NCBI GenBank assembly: GCA_963620305.1
Contig: CAVFAD010000002.1
Location: forward strand, 2,086-66,085
Direction: 5' to 3'
DNA from: Bacteroidaceae bacterium
GTDB lineage: Bacteria > Bacillota > Clostridia > Oscillospirales > Acutalibacteraceae
DNA length: 64,000 nucleotides
Shown: positions 8,899 through 16,990 of the stretch, piece after piece
Numbering within the stretch: position 1 is the first letter of the stretch
How the letters are laid out: every line of letters starts with the position of its first letter
Program-made: the position numbers and the translations under genes
The notes under the pieces: model-generated
Told to the model about the DNA's origin: nothing
The model's input: the letters and a program-made list of their open reading frames with translations, nothing else
The model's database searches: none

Positions 8899-9660
8899 AT
8901 GAAGAAAATTTACATTGACCCCGGTCACGGCGGGGCGAACCCCGGCGCATCGTACGGCGGCAGACGTGAAGCGGACGACGTGTTCAGGCTTTCGTCCGCA
9001 GTCGCAGAGCTGCTCGGAGGTCAGTCGGAGGTCGAAGTGCGTTTGAGCCGCAGCGACGGCGAAGACCCCGATATAAGCCGCCGCGCTGCCGAAGCAAACG
9101 AGTGGGGCGCGGATTATTTCATCAGCATCCACCGCAACGCCTTTTTGCCGGAAAAAGCAAGCGGCGCAGAGGTGTGGTGCTATTCAAAAATCGAAAAGGG
9201 CGGCGAGACCTACAGAAAAGCGGAGAGCATTCTGAACGCGCTGTGCCTTGCGGCAGGATTTAAAAACAGAGGCGTACACCTCGGCGCGCCGTCGTATGCC
9301 GATTTCGGAGTTAACAGACTTACGCGCATGCATTCCTGTCTGCTGGAAACGGGATTTATTGACAATTCCGCCGACAATGCGCTGTTTGACGACAATTTCG
9401 GCGCGGCGGCAGCTGCACTTGCCGAAGCGCTTTGCGGTGCTGTCGGTCTAAAATACGAAGCGGCGAAAAAAGTCAGCGGAGACATAAACGGCGACGGCAG
9501 CGTTAGAGCAGAGGATGCGCGTACCGCGCTTCGCGCCGCCGTGGGACTCGAAACGCTCACTCCCGACGAGGAGAAACGCGCGGACGTTGACGGCGACGGC
9601 AAAGTCACGGTCGCGGACGCAAGAAGCATTCTCCGTACGGCAACGGGACTTGAAGAATAA
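8899..9660 (+). CDS. Endolysin: N-acetylmuramoyl-L-alanine amidase (Amidase_3) with a C-terminal dockerin module
   Basis: AAGGAG sits 9 nt upstream of the second ATG. Motifs IYIDPGHGGANPGA, ISIHRNA and LLETGFIDN. The C-terminus has two dockerin segments, DINGDGSVRAEDARTALRAAVGL and DVDGDGKVTVADARSILRTATGL. Confidence 0.85.
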   Translation: MKKIYIDPGHGGANPGASYGGRREADDVFRLSSAVAELLGGQSEVEVRLSRSDGEDPDISRRAAEANEWGADYFISIHRNAFLPEKASGAEVWCYSKIEKGGETYRKAESILNALCLAAGFKNRGVHLGAPSYADFGVNRLTRMHSCLLETGFIDNSADNALFDDNFGAAAAALAEALCGAVGLKYEAAKKVSGDINGDGSVRAEDARTALRAAVGLETLTPDEEKRADVDGDGKVTVADARSILRTATGLEE

Positions 9661-9674
9661 GGGGGTGACGGAAA

Positions 9675-10115
9675 ATGAAAGACGTACTGTGCGCTGCTCT
9701 CGGCGCGGTCGGCGCGGGTATTGCATGGCTTTTCGGAGGTTGGGACGCGTCTATGATTACACTTTTGGTGCTTATGGCAATTGATTACATAACGGGACTT
9801 GTCGTTGCGGGCGTGTTTAAAAAGTCCGAAAAAAGTGAAAACGGCGGACTTGAAAGCCGTGCCGGTTGGAAAGGACTCTGCCGCAAGGGTGTTACACTGC
9901 TTATCGTGTTCGTCGCGGTAAGGCTCGATATGCTCATCGGCACAAGCTATCTGCGCGACGGCGTGTGCATCGCGTTCATCGTCAACGAGGTCATTTCAAT
10001 AACCGAAAACGCGGGACTTATGGGCGTGCCCGTCCCTGCCGTGATTACGAACGCGATTGCGGTGCTGAAGAAAAAGCATGCCGATACGGGAAGTGTCGGC
10101 GAAAATCGGGAATAA
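9675..10115 (+). CDS. Holin (phage_holin_4 / toxin-secretion holin family)
   Basis: GGGGGTG RBS, 146 aa, 3-4 TM segments. Family-like motifs IDYITGLVVAGV, GWKGLCRKG and NEVISITENAGLMGVP. Lies immediately after the endolysin. Confidence 0.85.
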   Translation: MKDVLCAALGAVGAGIAWLFGGWDASMITLLVLMAIDYITGLVVAGVFKKSEKSENGGLESRAGWKGLCRKGVTLLIVFVAVRLDMLIGTSYLRDGVCIAFIVNEVISITENAGLMGVPVPAVITNAIAVLKKKHADTGSVGENRE

Positions 10116-10143
10116 GCAAAAACGCGAATAAGTAAAAGCAAAA

Positions 10144-10176
10144 AGCCGTGACTCAAAACGCGAGTCCCGGCTTTTT
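10144..10176 (+). terminator. Rho-independent terminator of the phage late operon
   Basis: agccgtgactc / gagtcccggct stem (one mismatch), 7-nt loop, then TTTT. Confidence 0.7.
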
Positions 10177-10613
10177 CGGTCGGTCGGAGGCGGAACGGGG
10201 GAGTGATTATTCATTAAAAACACATGGGGAGAGTACTTTTTGTTTGAAAAGCGCACGGCGTTTTTTGTGCGAAGCGGCAGACGTTTTGAAAAAAGTTAAT
10301 TCCCAAAGTAGATGCAGCAGTACGGGAAGACCTGCAGTTATCACAAGAAACAGCTGCATTAAGTCTGAGAAATAACAGTAAAACGCCGCTTTTTTAACTG
10401 TTTTCGGTAGGAAAACGGTATATTGCGGCGAACAATACAATACCAAACCGCCGATTAAACCGCTGCACGGAAAAACAGCCTGTGCGGCAGTGCACATTAC
10501 ACAAAAAAGCAGTTTCTTTTTTGTGTAAAACGAGAATAGTATTTTTTTTCGTGTTGTGTTAAACTATTATCGGAAGGAGTGTATCCGATATATCCGAAGG
10601 AGGGCGGGTTCTC

Positions 10614-11321
10614 ATGAAAAAAGTATATTCTGTTTTTCTCTCGCTTTTCATTTTTGTCGTTTGCCTTGTTTCCTTGTGCGCAACGGAATCACGGCAGATA
10701 ACAGAAGCTGCCGCCGCAGTCTCTGCGTACACGATTGATACTCCCTATTTTTTTCCGATTACTCCCGCCGATTCGGAGTGGCAGAATTTTGAAACAAAAC
10801 AGGAAATGGACAAGGCTTGTCAAATTCCGGAACAAATTTTAACAAAGCTCACAACACGAGCCTTGCTTGAAACGGTGCTGTCTCAGCCGTTTATGTCGAA
10901 TTATGTTGCGTTTAATACGTATGCAGACGCTGCAAAAAATTTTTACGATACTTTTAACGGCTTCAGAGAGCTGATGTCAAGAGAGGATTTGACCGCGGTT
11001 CTGTTGGCAGCATATGACGGCTCGAACGTTTTGCGCGGTGAAGAAAACGAAGAAAGCATCACATACGGTCATTCCCGCGCTTATTTCAGGGTTTCGGACT
11101 TGGAATTTATAATTGCGTATGACAGGATTGCAAACGGCGAGCGGTCGGCAGAAGAAGAAAACACTTTCCGTGCAATTCACAGCGAGAAGAAGATCGCACG
11201 TGAGAACATGGGCACATATTCTGATTTTGATGAAACATATCTCGTGTTTATGAGTCAAGAAAACCTTCTTTCTGTCCAAGACACAGGATATACCGCTTAT
11301 ACACCGAATGTAATCTCTTGA
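10614..11321 (+). CDS. Secreted hypothetical protein (possible prophage cargo gene)
   Basis: GGAGGG RBS and a signal peptide (MKKVYSVFLSLFIFVVCLVSLCA). Visibly AT-richer than its neighbours: hand counts of single 60-nt lines gave 35-43% G+C. Confidence 0.7.
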   Translation: MKKVYSVFLSLFIFVVCLVSLCATESRQITEAAAAVSAYTIDTPYFFPITPADSEWQNFETKQEMDKACQIPEQILTKLTTRALLETVLSQPFMSNYVAFNTYADAAKNFYDTFNGFRELMSREDLTAVLLAAYDGSNVLRGEENEESITYGHSRAYFRVSDLEFIIAYDRIANGERSAEEENTFRAIHSEKKIARENMGTYSDFDETYLVFMSQENLLSVQDTGYTAYTPNVIS

Positions 11322-11485
11322 GCCTGCAATTAAAACCCGAAAGAGGTTGTCGTGCAACATTGGCACGGCACCTTTTTTATTTCGCCTGTTTTTATTAGAA
11401 AGAACGGTGCCGAGAAAATAAAGGGTACAAGAGGTTGATGTCATGTTTGTGCGGTGTTGACAGCAAGATATCGCGGCTGCACATA

Positions 11486-11521
11486 TACGGGCGCATTTTT
11501 TTGTACGGGCGCATTTTTTTG
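11486..11521. repeat. Perfect 18-bp tandem duplication (tacgggcgcatttttttg x2)
   Basis: Read directly from the sequence. Lies between the cargo gene and the MATE gene. Confidence 0.9.
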
Positions 11522-11631
11522 CGAACGTAAGGCAGCCTCGGAAAATACTTTTTTGTCTTTATTTTTTCCGTGCTTTGTGCTACACTCTTGTGAGTAATAT
11601 TTTCAACGGAAACGGAACACGGAAAAGCGGT

Positions 11632-12987
11632 ATGAAACGTACATTTGACAAATATTTTTACAAGACATTTTTCTCACTGTTCGGTATAGTCGCGCTGCAG
11701 AATCTGATAGTTTTCAGCGTAAATCTTGCCGACAGCATCATGCTCGGCTCATACAGCGAGGCGGCAATGAGCGGTGTCAGCCTTGCGAATCAGGTGCAGT
11801 ATCTGCTGCAGTGCGCGGTCAACGGCTTTGCAAGCGGACTTGTTGTCATAGCGTCGCAGTACTGGGGCAAAAAGGATTTTGAGCCTATCAAGAAGGTGTT
11901 TTCGGCGGCTTTCGTTACGGCGTGTCTTGCGTCTTTTGTCATGGGTGCGGTCGTGTTCGCCGTTCCGGACAGGGTGCTCGGAATACTGTCTAACGAAACC
12001 GAAATAGTCGACGCGGCAGTGGAGTATATCCGCATAATGTCGCTTACTTATGTAATATTCGCAGCAACGAATATACTGACGGCGTTGATGCGAAGCGTGG
12101 AAAGTGTAAAAATCGGCTTTGTTTCTTCCGTCCTCGCGCTCGTTACGAACATCGGACTCAATTGGCTGCTCATTTTCGGTAAGGCGGGATTCCCCGAAAT
12201 GGGTGCCGTCGGCGCGGCATACGCGACCTTTGCGGCACGTGTCGCGGAGCTTATTGCGGTCGTTGTTTATGTGTTCTTTATTGACAAAAAGCTGAAAATT
12301 AAGGTGCGGGATCTGTTCTCCTGCGGCAAAATATATTTCCGCGACTTTATAAAAACGGGACTTCCGCTCGTCGGCTCAGGCTCGTCGTGGGGTATTGCGA
12401 TGGCGGTGCAGACCGCGATAATAGGACGTCTCGGAGCGGCTGCCATAGGTGCGAACGCGATAGCGTCACCCGTGTTTCAGGTCGTTGCGGTGCTGTACAC
12501 CTCCTCATCGTCCGCTTCGTCGGTGCTTATCGGAAAAACCGTCGGCGAGGGCGACATTCCGCGTGTAAAGGTCTATGCCGTGCGCCTGCAGAAAATGTTT
12601 CTGCTGATAGGAATAGTGTCCTGCGGATTTTTGCTGCTGATGAAAAATACGATTTTGGGCATATACGACGTGTCGGACGAAACGCGTCGGCTGGCATCGG
12701 CATTTATTGTCATTCTGTCCGTGACCGTTATCGGTTCATCGTATGAAGCGCCGTGCCTTTGCGGTATCGTATCGGGCGGCGGTGAGACAAAATTCGTGCT
12801 GTTCAACGACATAATCTTTATGTGGTGCATGGTGCTGCCGCTGTCGCTGCTGTCGGCTTTTGTTTTTAAGCTGCCGATTCCCGCAACGTTTTTTATACTG
12901 AAATCCGACCAGATAACAAAGTGCGCGGTAGCAGCCGTGAAGGTTAACCGATACAGATGGATAAAAACGCTGACGCGCCGGACGTAA
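11632..12987 (+). CDS. MATE family efflux transporter
   Basis: About 450 aa with 12 predicted TM segments. The N-terminus (KTFFSLFGIVALQNLIVFSVNLADSIMLG) is typical of MATE/NorM-like proteins. The start was chosen at the first ATG (MKRTF). Confidence 0.8.
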   Translation: MKRTFDKYFYKTFFSLFGIVALQNLIVFSVNLADSIMLGSYSEAAMSGVSLANQVQYLLQCAVNGFASGLVVIASQYWGKKDFEPIKKVFSAAFVTACLASFVMGAVVFAVPDRVLGILSNETEIVDAAVEYIRIMSLTYVIFAATNILTALMRSVESVKIGFVSSVLALVTNIGLNWLLIFGKAGFPEMGAVGAAYATFAARVAELIAVVVYVFFIDKKLKIKVRDLFSCGKIYFRDFIKTGLPLVGSGSSWGIAMAVQTAIIGRLGAAAIGANAIASPVFQVVAVLYTSSSSASSVLIGKTVGEGDIPRVKVYAVRLQKMFLLIGIVSCGFLLLMKNTILGIYDVSDETRRLASAFIVILSVTVIGSSYEAPCLCGIVSGGGETKFVLFNDIIFMWCMVLPLSLLSAFVFKLPIPATFFILKSDQITKCAVAAVKVNRYRWIKTLTRRT

Positions 12988-13086
12988 AAAAAGCCGGCGC
13001 GGCAGACGTAAAAAAAGCCGGCGCGGGAAGATTTTTTCTGTCGGTTTTTTGAACACGACAATTTTTTGAATACGGAGAAAAATAAA

Positions 13087-13566
13087 ATGTCACTCGAAAA
13101 AGTAACGTCTTTTCTGCGCGAACGCGGCGCGGAGGATAAAATCAGAATTTTTGACGTTTCGTCGGCGACCGTGGAGCTTGCGGCAAAGGCTCTCGGAACG
13201 GAAGAAGCGCGCATAGCAAAATCAATGGCTTTTCTTGTCGAAAACAAGGCTGTCATAGTCGTGACCGCAGGCGACATGAAGATAGACAATGCAAAATTCA
13301 GGTCGTTTTTTCACTCAAAGGCAAAAATGCTGACCCCCGAGGAGCTTGTCGGACTTGTCGGGCACGCGCCGGGCGGAGTGTGTCCGTTCGCGCTGAACGA
13401 AGGCTGCGCCGTTTATCTTGACGAATCGCTCAAGCGGTTCGATACCGTTTACCCTGCCGCAGGCTCGTCAAACAGCGCGGTTGAGCTTACTGTAGGCGAG
13501 CTTGAAGCGCTTTCGGGTGCGCTCGGTTGGGTATCGGTCTGCAAGCCGAAATCCGAGCAGAAATAA
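13087..13566 (+). CDS. YbaK/EbsC/ProX-type aminoacyl-tRNA deacylase domain protein
   Basis: Motifs KSMAFLV and GHAPGGVCPFAL, about 160 aa. ATG with GGAG upstream. Confidence 0.75.
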   Translation: MSLEKVTSFLRERGAEDKIRIFDVSSATVELAAKALGTEEARIAKSMAFLVENKAVIVVTAGDMKIDNAKFRSFFHSKAKMLTPEELVGLVGHAPGGVCPFALNEGCAVYLDESLKRFDTVYPAAGSSNSAVELTVGELEALSGALGWVSVCKPKSEQK

Positions 13567-13650
13567 GACCGCGCGGACTCACCGCAAAGGACGCAGCCGA
13601 CGGCATGCGCGGTTCCCGAAACACGGGTGTCGGAAATTTTGCGAATTGTG

Positions 13651-13679
13651 TTGACGGCGGTTTTTCTTTGATATATAAT
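13651..13679 (+). promoter_or_regulatory. Sigma-A-type promoter for the Rrf2 gene
   Basis: TTGACG, 17-nt spacer, TATAAT. It covers the ORF-track ATG at 13678, which supports 13705 as the real start. Confidence 0.6.
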
Positions 13680-13704
13680 GAAAATATCAAGGAAGGCGGT
13701 AAAT

Positions 13705-14130
13705 ATGATAACCACAAGAGGCAGATATGCTTTGCGTGTAATGATAGACCTTGCCGAGCAGGGCGGCGCGGGCTTTGTTCCCATGAAGGAAATTGCCTCG
13801 CGACAGGAAATTTCGCTTAAATACGTCGAACGGATTGTTCCGTCACTCACCAAGGCGAAGCTTTTGGAGGGTGTTCACGGCAAGGGCGGCGGCTACAGAC
13901 TGACAAAACCGCCCGCAGACTACACCGTAGGTGAAATTTTACGCGCAACCGAGGGCGACCTCGCGCCCGTTTCGTGCCTGTCGCGCGAAGCCGAACCGTG
14001 TCCGCGCGCATGCGACTGCAAAACTCTCGGCATGTGGAAGCGTTACAACGACATAACAAACGAATACTTCGACGGCATTTCGCTGCAGGACCTTCTCGGC
14101 ACGGAGCCGCCTGCGGATTATGTCATATAA
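13705..14130 (+). CDS. Rrf2 family transcriptional regulator (IscR/CymR-like, 3 Cys)
   Basis: MITTRGRYALRVMIDLA N-terminal wHTH signature. Cys cluster CLSREAEPCPRACDC. Confidence 0.85.
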   Translation: MITTRGRYALRVMIDLAEQGGAGFVPMKEIASRQEISLKYVERIVPSLTKAKLLEGVHGKGGGYRLTKPPADYTVGEILRATEGDLAPVSCLSREAEPCPRACDCKTLGMWKRYNDITNEYFDGISLQDLLGTEPPADYVI

Positions 14131-14210
14131 CTTTTAACGGGCGGCAGAGGTTCGTTTTCCGTCGGGAAAGAGCGTTTCCGTCATAAAAAAACAGGAACAG
14201 GAGCGGAATT

Positions 14211-15560
14211 ATGCAGGCGATAATCACGAAATTTATCTCAATAATCGTATCAATTCTCACACTGCTCGGACTGCCTACGGGTTCGTTCGGAGAATACGGC
14301 GGCAGCGCTGCGGGCGAGATGACGGTCTCGTTCGCCGACAACGAACGCGGCTCCATGGCAGGCTCGGTCACCGTAAAGGCTACGGTCGACGGCGAATACG
14401 ACATCTTCTGGGGCGACGCAAACGGCAGCAAGCTGACCGCGACGGTCAACGGAAAAACGGTTTCCTACTCGGAATTTGCGACGGTCGAAGTCAAATTCGG
14501 CGAGGGCAAGCTTGAATTTAACGATTTTCTTGCCATTCCCGAGGGTGCTCAAACGATGCTTCTTATGAAAGGCGAAAAGGTGCTCGAAACGGAACCCGTT
14601 CCCGAAAACAAGCGTCTTGATTACGGTACGGCAAAATACGCTTTCGGTGCGCTCAGCGACGTGCATTTTAACAGATACAGCGAGCTGTCGGACGACGATG
14701 CGGCGGTTTCGTTCCCCCGTGCGCTTGATTATTTTGATGCTTGGGGCGTTTCGGCGGTCGGTATTTCGGGCGACCTTTCGCTCAACGGTGAGCTTGATTC
14801 GTACGAGCAGTATAACAAAGTTGTTTCGCAGTACGGCTTCCCCGTTTATACCTGCAAGGGCAACCACGACTGCAGAAGATATTATACGCTGTCAAACTGG
14901 CAGCAGAATGTAAACAAGGACATTTACGGCGAAACAAAACCCGCAGGCATTCTTGACGTTTCCGCGAACGGACTCGATTTCGTATACGAATGCAACGGCG
15001 ATATCTTTATTTTCTTCAGCCAGGTGAGCAACACCTATGTGCTCGGCGTGCAGCTTGTGACCGACGAACAGCTCGACTGGCTCGCAGGGCAGCTTGCCGC
15101 GTATAAAGACAGAAACGTCTATTTGTTCTTCCACACGTTCCTCGGCAGCGACGGCATTCCGACAAACATGTGCGAGGGCAATATCATAAATCCCCTCGGA
15201 GCGACCTATACCCTTACGTACGTTAAGGGCAATAAGGACGAAAAGCGTTTTAAGCAGCTTCTCTCGGAATACAAAAACGTTGTGTTCTTCAACGGTCATT
15301 CGCACTGGTCGTATGACATGCAGAAGTACAACAAAGACCTCAATATTTCCGATTACGGCGGAAAGTATGCGACCATGGTGCACGTAAGCTCCGTTGCAGC
15401 ACCCCGAACGGTCACCGACACGTCGATTGTGCAGAAGTCGAACCCCGGATACATGAGCGAGGGACTTTACATGACCGTGTACGATGATATGCTGCTTATC
15501 CGTGCGGTGGATTTCATTGACGGCAAATTCCTTGCCTATGCAACGTATATAGTGAAATAA
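14211..15560 (+). CDS. Secreted/membrane-anchored metallophosphoesterase (calcineurin-like)
   Basis: Motifs GALSDVHFN, GISGDLS, KGNHD and NGHSHW. N-terminal hydrophobic segment. Confidence 0.8.
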   Translation: MQAIITKFISIIVSILTLLGLPTGSFGEYGGSAAGEMTVSFADNERGSMAGSVTVKATVDGEYDIFWGDANGSKLTATVNGKTVSYSEFATVEVKFGEGKLEFNDFLAIPEGAQTMLLMKGEKVLETEPVPENKRLDYGTAKYAFGALSDVHFNRYSELSDDDAAVSFPRALDYFDAWGVSAVGISGDLSLNGELDSYEQYNKVVSQYGFPVYTCKGNHDCRRYYTLSNWQQNVNKDIYGETKPAGILDVSANGLDFVYECNGDIFIFFSQVSNTYVLGVQLVTDEQLDWLAGQLAAYKDRNVYLFFHTFLGSDGIPTNMCEGNIINPLGATYTLTYVKGNKDEKRFKQLLSEYKNVVFFNGHSHWSYDMQKYNKDLNISDYGGKYATMVHVSSVAAPRTVTDTSIVQKSNPGYMSEGLYMTVYDDMLLIRAVDFIDGKFLAYATYIVK

Positions 15561-15871
15561 AACGGCTTTGTGCCGTGAAATATGACAAATTAAGTCGGAC
15601 GGCTGTCGGTCGTTCGGCTTTTGTCGTTCGCCGCGTCCGAGCTGCTCTCCGTGTGCCTGCGGGTTTTTTTGTGCCGCTGCGGCTGATGCGATAAGAGTCG
15701 AGCCTGTGTTAATTCACGCATGCGCCGTCGAAGATGTCATGACGGCGGTGAAATTGCCGCCGCTTTGTCGGCGTGTCCGTTTCGGGCACGAAAAATTTTC
15801 GTTTTCTATTGCAATCCGATGTTCACGCATATATAATAAAATATGTATAATTATGTGAAGTGAGAATCGAA

Positions 15872-16774
15872 ATGGCATTTGACAAAGAGAAATACGGCGG
15901 AGAAGCGCGGCGGTATGCCCGCAGCGAACGCGGCGGCGAGCTTCGCAAAAAATATGACGGCGAACGCGGCGGAAAATACGGTGAGCGGGACGAAAAGCGC
16001 ACCGAAAGTGACATAAAAAGCGATAAACCGTCAAAAAAAGCGTCCGAGCGCGACGATTTGATAATAGGACGCAACGCGGCAAAGGAGGCTTTGCAGAGCG
16101 GCAGAGCCGTCGACAGCGTGCTTGTTGCCAACGGAGAAAAAACGGGAGCACTGCCGCTGCTTATTGCGCAGTGCCGCGACAGGGGACTTCCCGTTAAGGA
16201 GGTTGACCGCAAAAAGCTCGATTTTATGTGCGGTCACGGCAATCATCAGGGCATTATAATGCTTGCGGCGGCGCATGAATACGCGACCGTGGAGGACATA
16301 CTCAATGCGGCACAGGAAAAAAACGAGCCGCCGTTTATAATCATCTGCGATTCGATTGAAGACCCGCACAACCTCGGCGCGATAATACGTTCCGCCGAAT
16401 GCGCGGGTGCGCACGGAGTGATAATCCCCGAAAGACGCAGCGCGGGACTGTCGGGAATAGTCGGAAAAACAAGCGCGGGGGCACTCGAATACATGCCCGT
16501 GGCGCGTGTCAAAAACCTGACGGATACGATAAAGCGGCTCAAAAAAGAGGGGTTATGGGTGTATTGTGCCGATATGGACGGCACACCGTATCTTGAAGCG
16601 GATTTGGCGGGTGCGCTTGCGCTCGTCATAGGCTCCGAGGGCGCGGGAGTCGGCAGGCTGGTCAGAGAAAACTGCGACGGAGTTTTGTCGATTCCGATGA
16701 AAGGAAAGATAAATTCGCTTAACGCCTCCGTCGCGGCGGCAATACTGATGTTCCGTGCGTCCTCGCAGCGGTAA
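15872..16774 (+). CDS. rlmB: 23S rRNA (guanosine-2'-O)-methyltransferase RlmB (SpoU/TrmH family) with a basic N-terminal extension
   Basis: Motifs IIGRNAAKEAL, EDPHNLGAIIRSAECAGAHGVI and SLNASVAAAILMF. The start is uncertain (15860 GTG or 15872 ATG). Confidence 0.85.
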   Translation: MAFDKEKYGGEARRYARSERGGELRKKYDGERGGKYGERDEKRTESDIKSDKPSKKASERDDLIIGRNAAKEALQSGRAVDSVLVANGEKTGALPLLIAQCRDRGLPVKEVDRKKLDFMCGHGNHQGIIMLAAAHEYATVEDILNAAQEKNEPPFIIICDSIEDPHNLGAIIRSAECAGAHGVIIPERRSAGLSGIVGKTSAGALEYMPVARVKNLTDTIKRLKKEGLWVYCADMDGTPYLEADLAGALALVIGSEGAGVGRLVRENCDGVLSIPMKGKINSLNASVAAAILMFRASSQR

Positions 16775-16990
16775 AACCGAACCCGTGCCGTTTTCGGTGC
16801 ATCCGGTCGGATTAAATCCCGTCCCGACGGCGAGCTTTCGGGAAATGAGAGCGAAAATGCCGAAAAAACAAAGCCTGAAGGCGCAGGCTTCGGGCGGAAT
16901 TTCCGTACGAAGTGTTCGGCGCGGCAAAGAAGAACCCCTCGGAGAGAATTGCCGCGAAGATGTTTGTAACAAAAGAAAAGGAGAAAGAGC

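Larger units (their letters stand above)
1..10176 (+). mobile_element. Prophage / phage-like element, late (head-tail-lysis) arm; left end outside window
   Basis: Uninterrupted same-strand block with tight or overlapping gene junctions: portal C-terminus, Prp protease, scaffold, major capsid, tail proteins, amidase, holin, then a strong terminator. The right boundary is uncertain and could extend to about 11.5 kb. No integrase is in the window. Confidence 0.75.

Noticed and set aside
10207-10497. A - strand ORF with a hydrophobic, basic-tailed segment (MQLFLVITAGLPVLLHLLWELTFFKTSAASHKKRR...), reminiscent of a type I toxin, at the prophage edge.
   Set aside because: No Shine-Dalgarno sequence precedes either candidate start, and no antitoxin RNA signature is visible. 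The evidence is too weak for a feature call.
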